A stretch of DNA of 64,000 nucleotides from Octopus vulgaris (lineage: Eukaryota): the NCBI GenBank assembly GCA_951406725.2, contig OX597814.1, positions 150,970,001-151,034,000 on the forward strand, written 5' to 3'. A program made the translations under genes and the position numbers. The notes beneath the pieces are model-generated. The model was not told the origin of the DNA. It saw nothing but the letters and a program-made list of their open reading frames with translations, and did no database searches. Position 1 is the stretch's first letter. Each line of letters begins with the position of its first letter. Positions 48,001 through 62,900 of the stretch are shown piece by piece.

Positions 48001-49554
48001 GGAAGCAGGTGTATAAAGTAGGATGTTGTATGTGTGTGTTTGTGTGAGGAATAGGGATCATCCTCACTTTCTCACTTTCTTTTATCGTTGTTTTCCGCTG
48101 CTCGCATTCGGTTAGCTGAGTTGTTTTCTCCTTTTCTGCTTCAAATTTTGTCCATCTTTCATTACCATCAGCTTCTCGTCACAATACGATTGCATGGTAC
48201 TGTTCTGGCTTGTTACGGCAGAGAGACGAGATGTCTGGTTGTTGTTTTTACTGTACCGAGATTGAAGTCGCTCTCTTTAGAAGTGTGACTCGTGGTGTTT
48301 CAGAGACTGGAATCTGGTACTGTTGCTATTGCTGTGGACACATTTCTTTTATCTTCTCATTGTCCTCGTTGGCTATGATCATGGAACGAGTCTGTCGTCT
48401 TTCTGAATAGTTTCTGACACAGAAGACAAGGTGATTTCCGCCTTTTTGGAAGCTACGGCCGACAGTGCTGTTGTATCGGCAGCCGATGGATCCTATCGTT
48501 GTTGCTGCCCACTTTTTCTCGTCTTGACCCTTCGAGGTAGAAAATATTCAAGTAGTTCTTCTACCACAATTATAATAGCTAAACCTGCTGCCCTGCACCG
48601 AGAGTTTGTGGCTTTATTTTCTGCGTCCGTAAGTAGCAGAGTAACGCAACGGGTATATGTTAATAAGGATCTTAAGAATAACCCAGTATCTCTACCAATG
48701 CGATACTATCATCTTTGCTTTGCGTTCATCCATATATTAGTGTAGAGTAAATGGGCATGCTTTTTCGCAGCTCATCTCATTACAATCGTTACAATCCCGG
48801 GTCACGAGTTAAGAAAAGATCAAGAATTGGTGCCTAGTATTTGAAATGTCATCAGGTGCTCTCCACCTTCTACCTGTCGGGCATTGCGGTTGGTGGAAGT
48901 TCCAATTTAACAACATATAGAGGACTAGTAATCAGGAAGTGCTACCAAATTAGGCAGTGTTTGAGCACTGATAACTTTTGGAGTTATGTCGAACAGCACA
49001 GCTGTTTTCATGTATAGGACGAATCCAGGCACCAGTTGAGTCTACTGTGAGGATCAACGCACCACTCACTGATATTCCTCTGGTGGCAATCGCAAAAGAG
49101 GTTAGGTGGTGGACGAAACTTTAAGAACTGAAGACATACACTTTCCCCTTCGGCTGTTCCTCTTGAAAAGGAAGATGAAAGTGAGAAAGGAATGCTGCCT
49201 CCCAGTAAAATTTTTAAAGGGTGATTGAATGTTGTAAAAATATCCTGAGTGAAAAAAACCTACTCTGACCATTCACCTGTAGGCTCAAATGTAGAGAGGA
49301 GAGGAGAGCACTTGCCACAGTACTATAAGTATTTAGGGTGGCACGCTATGTTTAGGATCCCTTGTTCGTCCCTGGATCGTCTTTTACCCTATCGACGAAT
49401 TTGGCTGTTATGATCTTATTGCATAATTGATTTTGGTCTTATTGTTTACACAAGTTTATGTAAATCTTCACCAACCTTTGTCTTTGTATTGTTCTAAATA
49501 AGGGTTTTTTGCGGTTCTTGTTGGCAACAAAGAAATAATAATAGTAATAGTAAT

Positions 49555-50640
49555 CCATTCTACTAAAGGTACGACGCCTGAAATTTTTGGTGGGAGGAGT
49601 CTAGTCGATTGCATCGTCTCCAGTGTCTCACTGGTATTTAATTTATCGCTCCCGAAAGGATAAAAGGCAAAGTCGACCTCGGCGGAATTTGAATTCAGTC
49701 AAACTACCTATTTCTTTAATACCCACAAGGGGCTAAACACAGAGAAGACAAACAAGGACAGACAAACGGATTAAGTCGATTACATTGACCCCAGTGCGTA
49801 ACTGGTACTTAATTTATCGCCCCCGAAAGGATGAAAGGCAAAGTCGACCTCGGCGGAATTTGAACTCAGAACGTAACGGCAGACGAAATACGGCTACGCA
49901 TTTCGTCCGGCGTGCTACCGTTTCTGCCAGCTCACCGCCTTAATAATAATAATGGTTTCAAATTTAGCCACATGGACAGCCATTTCGAGGGAGTTTTCAA
50001 CTAATACTTAATTTATTGACCCCGAAAGGATGAAAGGCAAAGTTTACCTCGGTGGTATTTGAACTCAGAACGTAGCGGCAGACGAAATACCTATTTTTTT
50101 ACTACCCACAAGGGGCTAAATACAGAGCGGACAAATAAGGACAGACAAACGGATGAAGTCGATTATATCGACCCCAGTGCGTAACTGGTACTTATTTAAT
50201 CGACCCCGAAAGGATGAAAGGCAAAGTCGACCTTGGCGGAATTTGAACTCAGAACGTAACGGCAGACGAAATACCGCTAAGCATTTGGCCCGGTGTGCTA
50301 ACGTTTCTGCGATAATTAGTAGTTATAATTAATAAGTAATATTAATTAATAATAGTAATGAATATCGCTTTCATCCCTTTGGAATGATAAAATAAAGCAC
50401 CAAACAGGTACTTAAGTCGGTAGTAATCGACTAAAATCCTCAAAATTTCTGAGCCTTCTGCCAAAATTAGCAGCAATTACTCAGCTCAACGTACTGAGTC
50501 CAAATTCCGCTAAGATTGACTTTGCTTTTCATCCCTTCGGTTTCGCTAAATTAGACACGTTTCAAGTACAGGGCTCGATATAATCGATAGCAGCCACTCC
50601 ACAAAGTTAAAGGCCTCGTGCCTATAGTAGAAAGGATTAT
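49555..50640. mobile_element. Cluster of nested or tandem SINE family B copies (mostly minus)
   Basis: At least four CCCGAAAGGAT(G/A)AAAGGCAAAGT..ACCT units, plus diverged plus-strand copies after 50360. Confidence 0.85.
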
Positions 50641-50653
50641 TATTATTATTATT

Positions 50654-51197
50654 GAGTGAGAGAGCAGTTCATGCCATCAAAGTGACACTGGGGTAAAATA
50701 TACGAAGCCCAATATACCCATCATGACTACCCGTCTGATAAGGGTACACCAGGCACATGCATCACAACCATATGTGCGCGACATGGTGATCTCATATCAA
50801 GATAAACAGCACATGACCTTGCAGGTGGGGCCCAGTTAGAATTTTCTTCAGGTTGAGTAGCCCATCCCGCTCAAAAGGTTCCCGAATAAGGGTTGTTTAA
50901 GGATGTTGAAAGAACCACCCATGTTTCCAGAGGTGAATTATTCAAACCCCAAAGAATCCCTCTCAACACATGGCTATGATGCTCCCCCACTACTTCTGCT
51001 CGTGATCAGAGATGCACATATCGTCAGCCATTAAGGGACATGCTCAACTGGTTAAAGTCAAACAACTGACAAGCAAATCTGTGGTATTGAGCAGAATATT
51101 TGCTATAGCCCATCTTTTATACCAAGACAAAACAATGTACATGATAACACTTCCAATCAGTTAAGATCAGAAGCCATGAGAGCCACTGCCTGGTACT
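50654..51197 (-). mobile_element. ~540-bp probable retroposon inserted in (ATT)n
   Basis: GC-richer block with (ATT)n on both sides; minus-strand 3' end CTCTCTCACTC(AAT)n. Confidence 0.55.
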
Positions 51198-51222
51198 TAT
51201 TATTATTATTATTATTATTACG

Positions 51223-51850
51223 AGGCGGTGAGCTAGCAGAATCAGGCGAAATGCTTAGCGGATTTCGTTCGACCTCACGTTCTGAGTTCGAATTCGCTGA
51301 GGTCGACTTTGCATTTCATCCTTTAATGCTCGATACATTAAGTACCATTTGCGTACTGAGGTCGATCTAATCAACTAGCCACGCCCACCCCACCCCCCGC
51401 CAAAAAATGTCAGGCCTTTTGCCAATAATATAAAAGATTATTATTGTGGTTGTTGTTGTTGTTGTTATCATGACGCGACGAGCTGGCAGAATCGTTAAGT
51501 CGTCGGGAGAAATGCTTAGCGGTATTTCGTCTGCCGCTACGTTCTGAGTTCAAATCCCCCGAGGTCAACTTTGCCTTTTATCCTTTCGGGGTCGATGAAA
51601 TAAGTACCAGTTACGCACTGTGGTCAATATAATCGACTTAATCGTTTGTCTGTCCTTGTTTGTCCTCTCTGTGTTTAGCCCCTTGTGGGTAGTAAAGAAA
51701 TAGGTATTTTGTTTGACTTCATATTCTGGATTCGAATTCCGCCGACGTCGACTTTGCCTTCCATCCTTTCGGGGTATTTAAATTAAGTACCAGTGAAATA
51801 AGCCCCCTCCCCTCAAAATCTCAGGTTTTGTGCCTATAGTAGAAAGGATA
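51223..51850 (+). mobile_element. SINE family B copies (nested)
   Basis: Heads GGCGGTGAGCTAGCAGAATC and GAGCTGGCAGAATCG; three central domains. Confidence 0.85.
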
Positions 51851-51871
51851 ATTGTTATTATTATTAATAAA

Positions 51872-51945
51872 TGGCGGTGCCCCAGCATGTCCACAGCTCA
51901 TAAGCTGAAACTGGAAAAATCAAAATCAAATCAAATCAAATCAAA
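51872..51945 (+). mobile_element. Extreme 3' fragment of a CR1-group LINE (or LINE-tailed element)
   Basis: GGCGGTGCCCCAGCATG..CAGCT-CATA-AGCTG-AAAC plus (AAATC)n tail. Confidence 0.7.
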
Positions 51946-52214
51946 ACTCTCATACAATGTAACGTATGAATGATCGCTGTTTGAACAGCCAGCTGTTAAA
52001 TGACCAAAATGTTGCATCCCTGCTTCAGTCGGAATGTAATACTTTGTAACGAACGTAGCTTCAACCCGTAAGACCTTATAAATTCTGTTCAGGCAAGCTG
52101 TTACAGAGCTGGCTTAGCTTATATCACCGAACTTTAATTAAAACGGTAGTCCTCTCGTCAATTAAATCGCAACAAGATATATGATACTGATATCGTGCGT
52201 ATAATGAGTTTCTG

Positions 52215-52231
52215 TATTATATACACATATA

Positions 52232-52267
<36 letters not shown>

Positions 52268-52380
52268 TGTACTTGCCCGTATGTTTGTTTTTGTGTATAT
52301 ACCTTATATTAATATATGTATTTATATATGTACATCATATGGAAGATTTTAAGGGTGCTTGTGTATGCCTATTCGCATTA

Positions 52381-52465
<85 letters not shown>

Positions 52466-52550
52466 CATACAAATTACTATATACGTTTGCGAAGTGTGAG
52501 AATCTTTATATATTTATGCATATCTCTACATACACACACACACATATATT

Positions 52551-52581
<31 letters not shown>

Positions 52582-53145
52582 ACATATATATATATGTGTG
52601 TGTGTACATATATGTACATATATATATGTGTGTGTGTACATATATATATATATATGTGTGTACATATATATTTATGTATGTGTACATATATATGTATGTA
52701 TGTATTTATGTATATATATATATGCATGTATGTATGTGTATATATACATAATATGTATGTATGTGTATATATACATAATATGTATGTATGTGTATATATA
52801 CATAATGTGTATATATGTGTATATATATAATGTGTATGTATGTGTATATACACATAAAAACACATGCATATATAGGAGTACAGGCGTGTATATATATATA
52901 TATATATATACATTCTCATATATTTCTGTGCATCTGCTCGCACACACGCACTCACGCACACACACATATGTTTATGTACGCGTATATTTATAAATTTATG
53001 TATATATGCACATACACGTGTATTTATCTATACGTATGTATGTATGTATGTATGTATGTATGTATGTATGTATGTATGTATGTATGTATGTATGTATGTA
53101 TGTGTACACATATGCATGTATGTATATGTATATCGATATGTGTGT
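52215..53145. repeat. Compound (TA)/(CA)/(TATG) microsatellite region
   Basis: Direct reading. Confidence 0.9.
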
Positions 53146-53830
53146 GTTCATCAGTTAATGTGATGACGATACGAGAAAGATACTAAATTTGAGAACACGA
53201 TTAGTCATGTCACGAACAGACACATTACTTCCTTCAAGGTCCAGTCACATACTAGAAGAGAAACGGTAGCCAAATCTTTCGAAATTTCATACTGTAGTTT
53301 TACAAAAGGACACATTGAATAATGTAGTCTACACACGCACATATATGTGTCTTAGGTTGACTGCATCTGAGTTAAAGGCTAGATGGTCATGGCTCTAGAT
53401 CCTTTGGTAATATATCTTAAAACAGCATCGATTGAACACGAGTGTGCTAACGACAGAGTTTGTATTACCTATAGGTCGTTTTACTACAAGAAATAATTAG
53501 ATATCACTTGAATTTGTTCCCTGTCATCCTGGAAAATGAAAGACGCACGTTATATAGCGTGGTCCTAGATACCTTAAACCGGAAGAAAGGATAGAATACT
53601 TTACGCGTGAATGTTTTTTTTTTTCTTTATAAAAGAATTGATCTACTAGCATTGATCTGGTACATAATAACGACAATGAAAACAAAACAAGTCTTACAAT
53701 GACGAATGTGTCATAACAAGATTTCATTAATACCGCTTGGATTTTTCAATCATGAAAACATAGACAACTGGACAAATCATTTAAAGTAAAATATATTGTT
53801 TATAATCAATTACACGGACATCTAGATAGA

Positions 53831-53882
<52 letters not shown>

Positions 53883-53887
53883 TAGAT

Positions 53888-56076
53888 ATGTTTCTTTATT
53901 GGCCACGTAGGGCTGAACACAGAAGAGACAAAATACAAAGTAGAGCTTTTCTTTTTTGGGAAGGAGAATAGAAGGGAAAAAAAAGTAAGAAAGAAAAAAG
54001 TGGGCCGAATTCCGATCAAAGGGAATCGTGAAAAAGAAGTGGGGGCCGATCAATAGGGATCGTGTATCACAGAAATGTCAATGTAAAAAGGGAAAACAGA
54101 TTAGGTTGATCCGTAGATGGAAAAGACCAGGGGAACCTTGGGCAATAGTGTCATGCAAAAAGAAAATACATTACAGTAAGTGGCACCCTTTTTTCCCTTC
54201 CTTTTTTTTTTTGTTTTTATTTTTGGTTCATAGGATTATGCTCAAGCTGGCTCCGTCATTCACACGTGCCATCCTTGCTACATTCACCCATCTTTTTTTA
54301 AAACATTCACTAGACAAAACTTCCCTCTCTACTCTCACCTTCCTCTTCAAGTGATACTTGAAGAAGTTGATGAGAGATTGACCAGAGAGGAAAGTGTTTG
54401 TCTCTAGACCTTTCAGACGCGTCCACCATACACATTCTTTCTCCATAGCCACAAGTACGACGAAAATGACTCTTCCTTCCCGTTTCAAAGAAGGGACGCG
54501 ACAATATTCACGATAGACTCGGTTGATAAACCGACTCGTCCCACATGCGATAGCAGTCGTTCGACATAGGCCCACAGGTCGGAAATGGTTGAACACTGCA
54601 CGAGTGCGTGCAGGACGGTTTCGTCGCACTGACCGCATCTCGGGCAGCTCGGCCCCGTGCTTCACGAGCCATGCCTGTAGAGCTTATCCCGAACGGGTAG
54701 CGCTTCTCGACAGCACTGCCAGGCCAGGGATCTCTGGAAGTTGTCCACAGGTACCGGCCCGAAAGTCGTCTCAAAAAGGCGGATCAGGTATTCCTCGTCA
54801 CCGCCCAGGTTCGCCCCGAAATCGTCGTCGTACCTCCCCTCCACTAATCCTCTATAGAATGCTTTGGTTGTATTGAAGTCACTCAAGGTCGACCCGGGAC
54901 GGCATAGTTGATTGAGAGCAATGCGACACTCGCGGTGCCATTCGCCCTACCTCGGCCTCTTTTTGATCCACGACTGCAGTTCGGTCATGGAGACGAGCTG
55001 CGGGAAAGCGCGTCTCACAAAAGGCGACCACACCTGTGCACCATCGTCTATGTAGAGCCGGAGATGTCGCAGTCTCAGCGTGTGTCTGCGCATCATCAAC
55101 CACGGCATACCCAGCCCTCCTTTTAACGGGTGTTGGCAGCAAACGGATCGCCTGACCATCGGAACGCATCATTTCCACAAGAAGCGGAAGGGAATGAGTT
55201 CTAGCTTGGTGATGGTAGGGTCGGGACAAGGCACGACGGTCAGGCGGTTGTACATGACGGACGTGATGTACGTGTTAGCCATCTCCACCCGACCTTTTAG
55301 GGATAGCTTCCTCTCGGCCCATTGCCGGGCGATAGTAACCACCCTACTCGCTTTCTCTTCCCAGTTCTCCATTTGGAGGTCCGGACCAAACCAGACCTCG
55401 AGCAACTCGACCGGACCGTCGGTCCAACGTCCCACGACAGCATGGGCTGACTTTTCCCGGTTGATTTTCGCTCTTGTTACTGCTTCGTAGTCTTTCAGTG
55501 TCTCGCCGACCAGCTCGATGTGCTTCTGGCTAGACACTATGACGGTGACGTCCTCCTCGTATGCAGACACGCTCGTCCCGCATCCCAATTCTAGCGGGAT
55601 GCCCCTCAGCGTCGCCAGCATCCTCGGTAGTAGCTCGTGAGTCAATACGTATGGAAGTGACGGACCGAACGTGCAATGTCGAAAGGTCTTGATAGATGTC
55701 CATTTACGCGAATTATCGAACGGATGCCTCTGTACAAAGCAGCTATCCAGCCGCGGAAGACGGGACCGAAACCAGCCGCTATGATTTCAACCTCCAAGTA
55801 TCGAAGGTCTACCCTATCTAAAGCTTTGGATTGATCCAAGTTAATCGGGGTCCCACCCATGCCAGGTTCCTTAATTACCCTGTCTATGATGTAGTGCATC
55901 AGATGAAGGTTGTCATGGATGCTCCAGCACGGCACGGCGCACGTTTGCGCCTTGTCGACCAGTTTCTCAATGACATGCGCCAACCTCTTGGCTAACACCT
56001 TCAGCAAAATGTTCAAGTCTGCATTGAGCAGAGTGATGGGCCTAAAGTTATCTATTACGTCCCTTTGTTTGGATCT
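53888..56076 (-). mobile_element. 5'-truncated Tx1/L1-clade LINE in a (GATA/GACA)n microsatellite, frameshifted ORF2
   Basis: RPITLLNAD.NILLKVLAKRL, SIHDN, NLDQSKALDRVD, AYEEDV (cf. AYADD), LSLKGR, zinc knuckle CPRCGQCDETVLHALVQC; AATAAA just before the 3' repeat; GATA/GACA tracts at 53824-53887 and 56081-56113. Confidence 0.9.
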
Positions 56077-56080
56077 TAGT

Positions 56081-56113
<33 letters not shown>

Positions 56114-56964
56114 GTGGCTCAGGTGATCAAAACTTCGAGTATTAAGTAATCCTGATATATATATATGCGTGTGTGTGTGTGTGTGTGTGTGCGTGTACCA
56201 AGCGCTAATCACCTACACACTTCCTTATACTTGCGTATCAGCTATGCTGGATCCACCATTTTCCCGAATGACCAAAATACTATGAATGTGTGTTACTCTG
56301 AACTTTCAACAGGAAAAATACACTGTGAGAGATCATATTAGGCGTTCACAGATGTCTCAATGTGAAAACTCACACTGTATCAATTAAATAAATGAGATCG
56401 AGTCTGTTGCAAAGAATAAAATGCATCAGAGAAATCTGTCAGATATATTTCTTTACGCATCAGAGAAATCTGTCATATAGCTGCGAATTCTTTCAGTAAA
56501 GACAAAGAGCACCAGAAATGTCAGATGAGAATTAGAAGACTTGCCACCATCAGTGAAAAACGACCGACAATCTCGTGCAGGGGACGTTATTGGGTGTTTT
56601 CAACCCATCTGGATCTCCACAGCTGCCTTAAAACTCATCTCAGATGAAGACGAAACGGAATAGTTGTAGTACGCTGGCCAACTCCTACCGAGGAAGCCCA
56701 CCATGACATATGCACATATTCACAAGCACACACATACACGCACAGACACACACACACACGCGCGCGCACACACAGATATACATATGTATATATCGCATGC
56801 ATAGTGAAGATATTTTTTTTTAGCATCAAGCGCTTTAAAAAAGTATTCGGGCAATATGAAAATAAATCCACATAGGTACTTAAATATAATCATAGCTAGG
56901 ACTAAAAGATACTTTAAAATAAGTAATGATTATGATTATGTGATTATGTGTTGCGCTCAAACAT

Positions 56965-57006
<42 letters not shown>

Positions 57007-57324
57007 CACTTTCACCCTCCGCAAAAAAATCCTAAATTTTATATAATTTGCTTTTTCCGGGAAGGATTCTTTTAACGAAGTCGCGTCTTGTCCTTTCCCT
57101 CGAAACGTGGAGTAGATAAAACTGGAGACAACTAATGAAGGAAGTGTTCTCTATGTTGCATGTCTCTTTTCTCTGTTTGTTTATTTTTTTCGTTATTCGA
57201 ACAAAAGTTTGTTTTCTAGGTTTTACTTTTTATGTTCTCGTTTCTCATTGTGCGTACGTTTTTTTTATGTCCTGCACCCATATATGCATGCATATATACA
57301 CATATATGTAGGTATGTACATATA

Positions 57325-57362
<38 letters not shown>

Positions 57363-57396
57363 TGTATATATATATGTATATATGTATATATATATG

Positions 57397-57796
<400 letters not shown>

Positions 57797-59054
57797 ATAT
57801 ATATCGTTGCTATTATGCAAAAGTGTGGTAAGTTCAAAATGTTGCTTTCTCCGAAAAAGAAAATATAGTTTCCCCGTTCCATTTCTAATTAACATTAGCG
57901 AGTTTCAGCTTAACAATGATCCTTTGTTTGCATAAAATCGTAACTCAATGCATGTATGATATTTTCAATCAGAAATATTTATGTGGGACTTACTACACTT
58001 TTGGAAAATGCTAAACTGTTGTTCTACATTTTGACAATTTTCATATCTTGGCATCTGCAGCAGCTGGAGATACGATAGTTTGACCAAAATAATCAGCTAT
58101 TGCAAACAAAATTAAATAGTGAAAAAAACACATTTGGCCAAATTTGGACATAATAGCAACGATATATTCACTCCCATCTCGACAGGAATTCGTTGTTTCT
58201 ATCTGTCCAATGTCAAATATAAAACGTATGATGATGTCATCAGTGGAGATAAGAGTCATGATAGAAGCATACGGATTATATACAAATAAAACAAAATACC
58301 TCCGGTTTTCAGCTACTGTTTTACTAATCTTGATATCTTTTATATACTCTTTTTCATTTCTTCTGTCTTTCGATAAGCGCAGTATCAGATGCTTTATGTT
58401 AAACAAGAGACATTCAGACAAGCCAGTTTGTGTCCGGAAAAGTATATATGAACATATACATGCATTTTTTATAATCATATATACGGCCAGTATTTATTTT
58501 CATATTTCATTACTTATGGGTATTGAGAGCGTGTGTATATATGTATTATATTCTTGCAATCGTATTGTGTGCAAGATTATGTGCAGAAATATATAAAGAA
58601 ACATACACATCCCTACACAACAGCATAAGTTTGTGACAGTCAGTATTAATTTTTAATAATATTCTCTTGATTAATTCCATCCTCCTATTTCATACTAAGT
58701 TTAAATGCCTCAAAGTCTGGTCTGCACTTGAAGTAGTTTTAATGAAGTTTATAATTTTCTTCATCACTGTACTTGCAAAAACAAGACCCGAAAAATTTAG
58801 TGGAGGTTTGTTGTGGTAAATTTACGTAGCGAAGTTCACGTATTTGGATTGGTTCGTATGTCGTGGTGTCAAGATGAAAGATATTTTTTAAACGTGCGCT
58901 AATCAGTAGTTCAGTGGATAATGAATTTATTAGTCCTAGCTTGAATACTTCTAGTCTGAACCCTACCAATTTTGCCGTACTTATTCTGGAATAAGTTATC
59001 ACATGAAACACAGAGATCGAACATACCAAATCAATTGAAATGTTTTAGTTAATT

Positions 59055-59240
59055 CTTTCAGTCATTGGACTGTGGCCATGCCGGAGTACAACCTTGAGTG
59101 GTTTAGTTGAGGAAATCGCCTTTCAAATCTCGTACTTATTCCATAGTTCTCTTTTATCAAACTGCTAAGTTAAGGAGACCTAAGCAAATAAACACCGGTT
59201 GTTACGCATTGGGGAAGGTTGTTAACCGTTGGCGACAAAG

Positions 59241-59278
<38 letters not shown>

Positions 59279-59960
59279 CAAACAGACAGACAGACAGTAC
59301 GAACTTCCATAGTTTCTTTTTTCCTTTATTGCCCACAAGGGGTTAAACATAGAAGGGATAAACAAGGACAGACAAACGGATTAAGTCAATTACATCGACC
59401 ACAGAGCGTAACTGGCACTTAATTTATCGACCCCGAAAGGGTGAAAGGCAAAGTCGAACTCAGCGGAATTTGAACTCAGAACATAATGGCAGACGAAATA
59501 CCTATTTCTTTAATACCCACAAGGGGCTAAACACAGAGGGGACAAACAAGGACAGACAAATGGATTAAGTCGACTTATATCGACCCCAGTGCGTAACTGG
59601 TACTTATTTAATCGACCCCGAAAGGCTGAAAAACAAAGTCGACCTCGGCAAAATTTCAACTCAGAACGTAACGGCAGACGAAATACGGCTACGCATTTCG
59701 CCCGGCGTGCTAACGATTCCGCCAGTTTGCCGCCTTTTGTGCATATTAAAAATATTTTAATAGTAGGTGGTGTGTTGGCACAATCGTTACCGCGCCGGAA
59801 TAAGTGCTTAGCGACATTTCTTACGACTTTACGTTCTGAGTTCAAATGCCACCGAGGTCGACTTTGTTTTTCCTCTTTTCGGGGTCGCTGAAATAAGTAC
59901 CTGTTGATGTAATTATCTTATCTTCTCCTCACACAATTTCTGGCGTTATACCAAAATTTG
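59055..59960. mobile_element. SINE cluster: family A (-), tandem family B (-, 59310-59736) and family B (+, 59765-59960)
   Basis: Matches to the families above. Confidence 0.8.
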
Positions 59961-62900
59961 AAAGCAATAGTATACTGTTTCAATTTGAAGTGAAGTAACA
60001 AGCTTCTTAGAGCGATTTCGTTTTTACTTTATTTTGATAATGAACTAAAAGAATCATTAAATATGTATTCTTGATGAGGCACAGTTGTATTTATGATTTG
60101 GGAATAAATACTGTTCTGTACAACTCAAATTACTTTAAAGAATTAAACTTAAGAGTCCTTAAGTGTTACTTTTCACTAAGTATTTCTTAGTGAATTAAAT
60201 CTTCGTTTAAAACCTGAAAAGAAAGCATAGCGTCTATTGTAATGATGACTTGGTTTCTTCCAACCCTATGGTTAACGTAATGTATCAATAATGTCAGCAT
60301 GTTATGTAATGTAGTGGTTGTAGGGAGTGGTATGAATAACAGTTGTCTTGGTGCATGTGGTGCTGAATGTGATAAAACCAGAATATGAAACTTCAGTCTT
60401 ACTTTAGATATTCGAAAAGTACACTTTGAAGCGTTTAGTCCTATATACAAATCTATGTGTGTGCATGCGCGTGCACTTGTGAGTATATTCACACAGCATA
60501 CACACACGCAAAAATAAGCGCGCACGCGCACACACACGCGCGCGCGCGCATACGCAAATTTGATGAAAACTGCCCAAAGGTCGGTGTTTCTCCTCTTAGA
60601 GATATGAAGTTTATTAGTTCACAATAATAATGGAGTCACCACAGTACTATTGATATATAACACTCTAGTGTACTCACGCTGTAGTTTGAATCTTAAGGAA
60701 TAAAATCTTATCAGTTTCTCAACGTTTTCTTAGATGGGTTCTTTGATGTATGTATATTGAATACACCGTAACGTAATCATTTTTACCGCACCATTTTTGT
60801 CTTCGTCACTTCCTGGTCGTCATCAGCATCACCTTTAGAAAAATAGAAATCCACAACGACGAAGATCTATGCAATGAGCTAAATATCTTTCATACAAAAT
60901 ATTCATTTTTCTTGGGTATTTTTGTTCGCTTGACGGTTGTTCGGGGAGGGGGTTGTTTTTGTTGACTTTTTGTTAGAAAGATGTTTTTGTTTTTGCCTTG
61001 TGATATCAAAACAATATCTTCTGTGGCGATGTCATGTACAGTATAGCTACTGTCGAATTCCCGGTAAGATGACATCTCGCTATGCATCTAATTTATATTT
61101 AGAAAAGGCCATGAATGCATAATTTCCTGTATACCTTTGCCAAGACAGCATCTCAATATACTAATGATTGATTCCAATAAGAAGACGTTAATACATAATC
61201 TTTTGATTACGTCTCCTTAAAATATACGGTTTTAGTACCTTTTCTAAACGAAATCAATACTTTCTGAAGTGTTGAAATTGCAGTGAATATTGATTAGATG
61301 CCTTAATCATCAGTGTTGTGTGCTCTTAGTAGAAATTGAAATTCTCTAAATCTTTCTCGGCTCATTTGAATGGCATTGGAGTAGGCAAGATAAAGGCGCA
61401 GAAATGCTTCCATTACTGAATATTGAACCTAAAGAAATTGATAAGAAATTCCAGGTTGAACTTTTCTGTAATAATAATCAATATAAAGAATTGATGGAAG
61501 GTTGAATGAATGAATTCTATTTTATGTTTTTGTTTGCTTCCAGAGGCAGCTAAGGGAATATTTAAATTTGCAATATAATAGAAGCATAAAGAAATCCTGA
61601 ATTCTGAAATTATCTTGATAGTGGCTCAGTAACCTTGTATGTGCGCATATTTAAGGAGAGATTCGTAAACAGAATAACAATTAGAGAGAGCAGTGTGAGA
61701 AAGGCTTCCTTAGAGGCAAATGTTGCTGACAATAGTGGTTTATGAAACAGATACTAATTATATGATCATTGCGTGATTTTTTTATAGAATAATTTCAGAA
61801 TATAATTTACATGAACTTCTTGATGATAAAGTAAACATAGAGTGCGGCTTTTACTTTTGTTTTAAATAATAACGTAAGTTTAGAATTTATTTTCCATCAA
61901 TGAAATACATACAATGTTGATTTAATGATATGTAACTCTAGGTCCAATTGTTTCTAACTTCTATTTTTGTCGTGATGAGATTCGAATAGAAGGGGAGTGA
62001 GAATGTAAATTACCAAACTAAATGTATACTTTTAATTTCGTCGTCGTGAGCGCCGCAAAAAGCATATGGTAGAATCTTACATATGTAGTATATGGAATTG
62101 AACAACTTCGATGAACAGAAGCTCTTTAAAGTATTTTGTAAGCAAATAATCCCTCTAGTAGCACTTCAAAATCTAAAATGCACTAGTAGTAGTATTTGTT
62201 GTTGTTGTTGTTCAATCCAAGTCAGCCGAGATCCCAGAGACCGCTGATCACAGACATTCGAGCTTTAGCCATACTGTTTACATTCTTTGGCTACTATTCC
62301 TCGGAGGACCAACGACCTAACATCTAATAGATTTAGCCGGCTAATCTCGATCGTTCGACACCATTAATGATGTTAATGGGGTTTAACACAAATCAGTATA
62401 GCGTAGACACACAACGAAAGGTATTCCATCTGTCTCCACTTATTTTAGATGCATCTCAGAGAACATTATCCAACATGTTCTTCCTTTTTTTTTTTTTTTT
62501 GAGTTGGGCTGAATTTGACGGAGATCCGGCTGATATTTATATCAGGTTACCTGACAATATATTATATATATTTTGGAGACACTATCTTTGGAAGATATGT
62601 TCACTTCAGCCTTTTATCAAAAAGTATCATTCATTTACGGGTAACATCACAATTTTTCTCTAACATAGTTAAATTATATGTATATATATTAGCAAATTTC
62701 TTCGTATGATTTTGGTTTTACAATCTCCAGTAAAATTTATCTTTTTTCTTAAGAAAAGAAAGCAATTTTTCTTTCGTTCTCCACTTCGTTTTAGCTAGTA
62801 TGCTATGATCATTCAGGAGCACCATTTTTTCTTACTCTTTTGTCTGGCACAAAGGAATGGTTGTGTGTGTGTTTTAGATACTTATAATTTAATACATAAT

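Noticed and set aside
48880-49100. Gypsy RT-like traces (CYQIR, TFGVMSNSTAVFM)
   Set aside because: Too short and degenerate; no LTR pair or YxDD seen; needs BLASTX
57055-57120. Possible hammerhead (..TCCTTTCCCTC-GAAACGTG)
   Set aside because: No recognisable CUGANGA-like core or stem I
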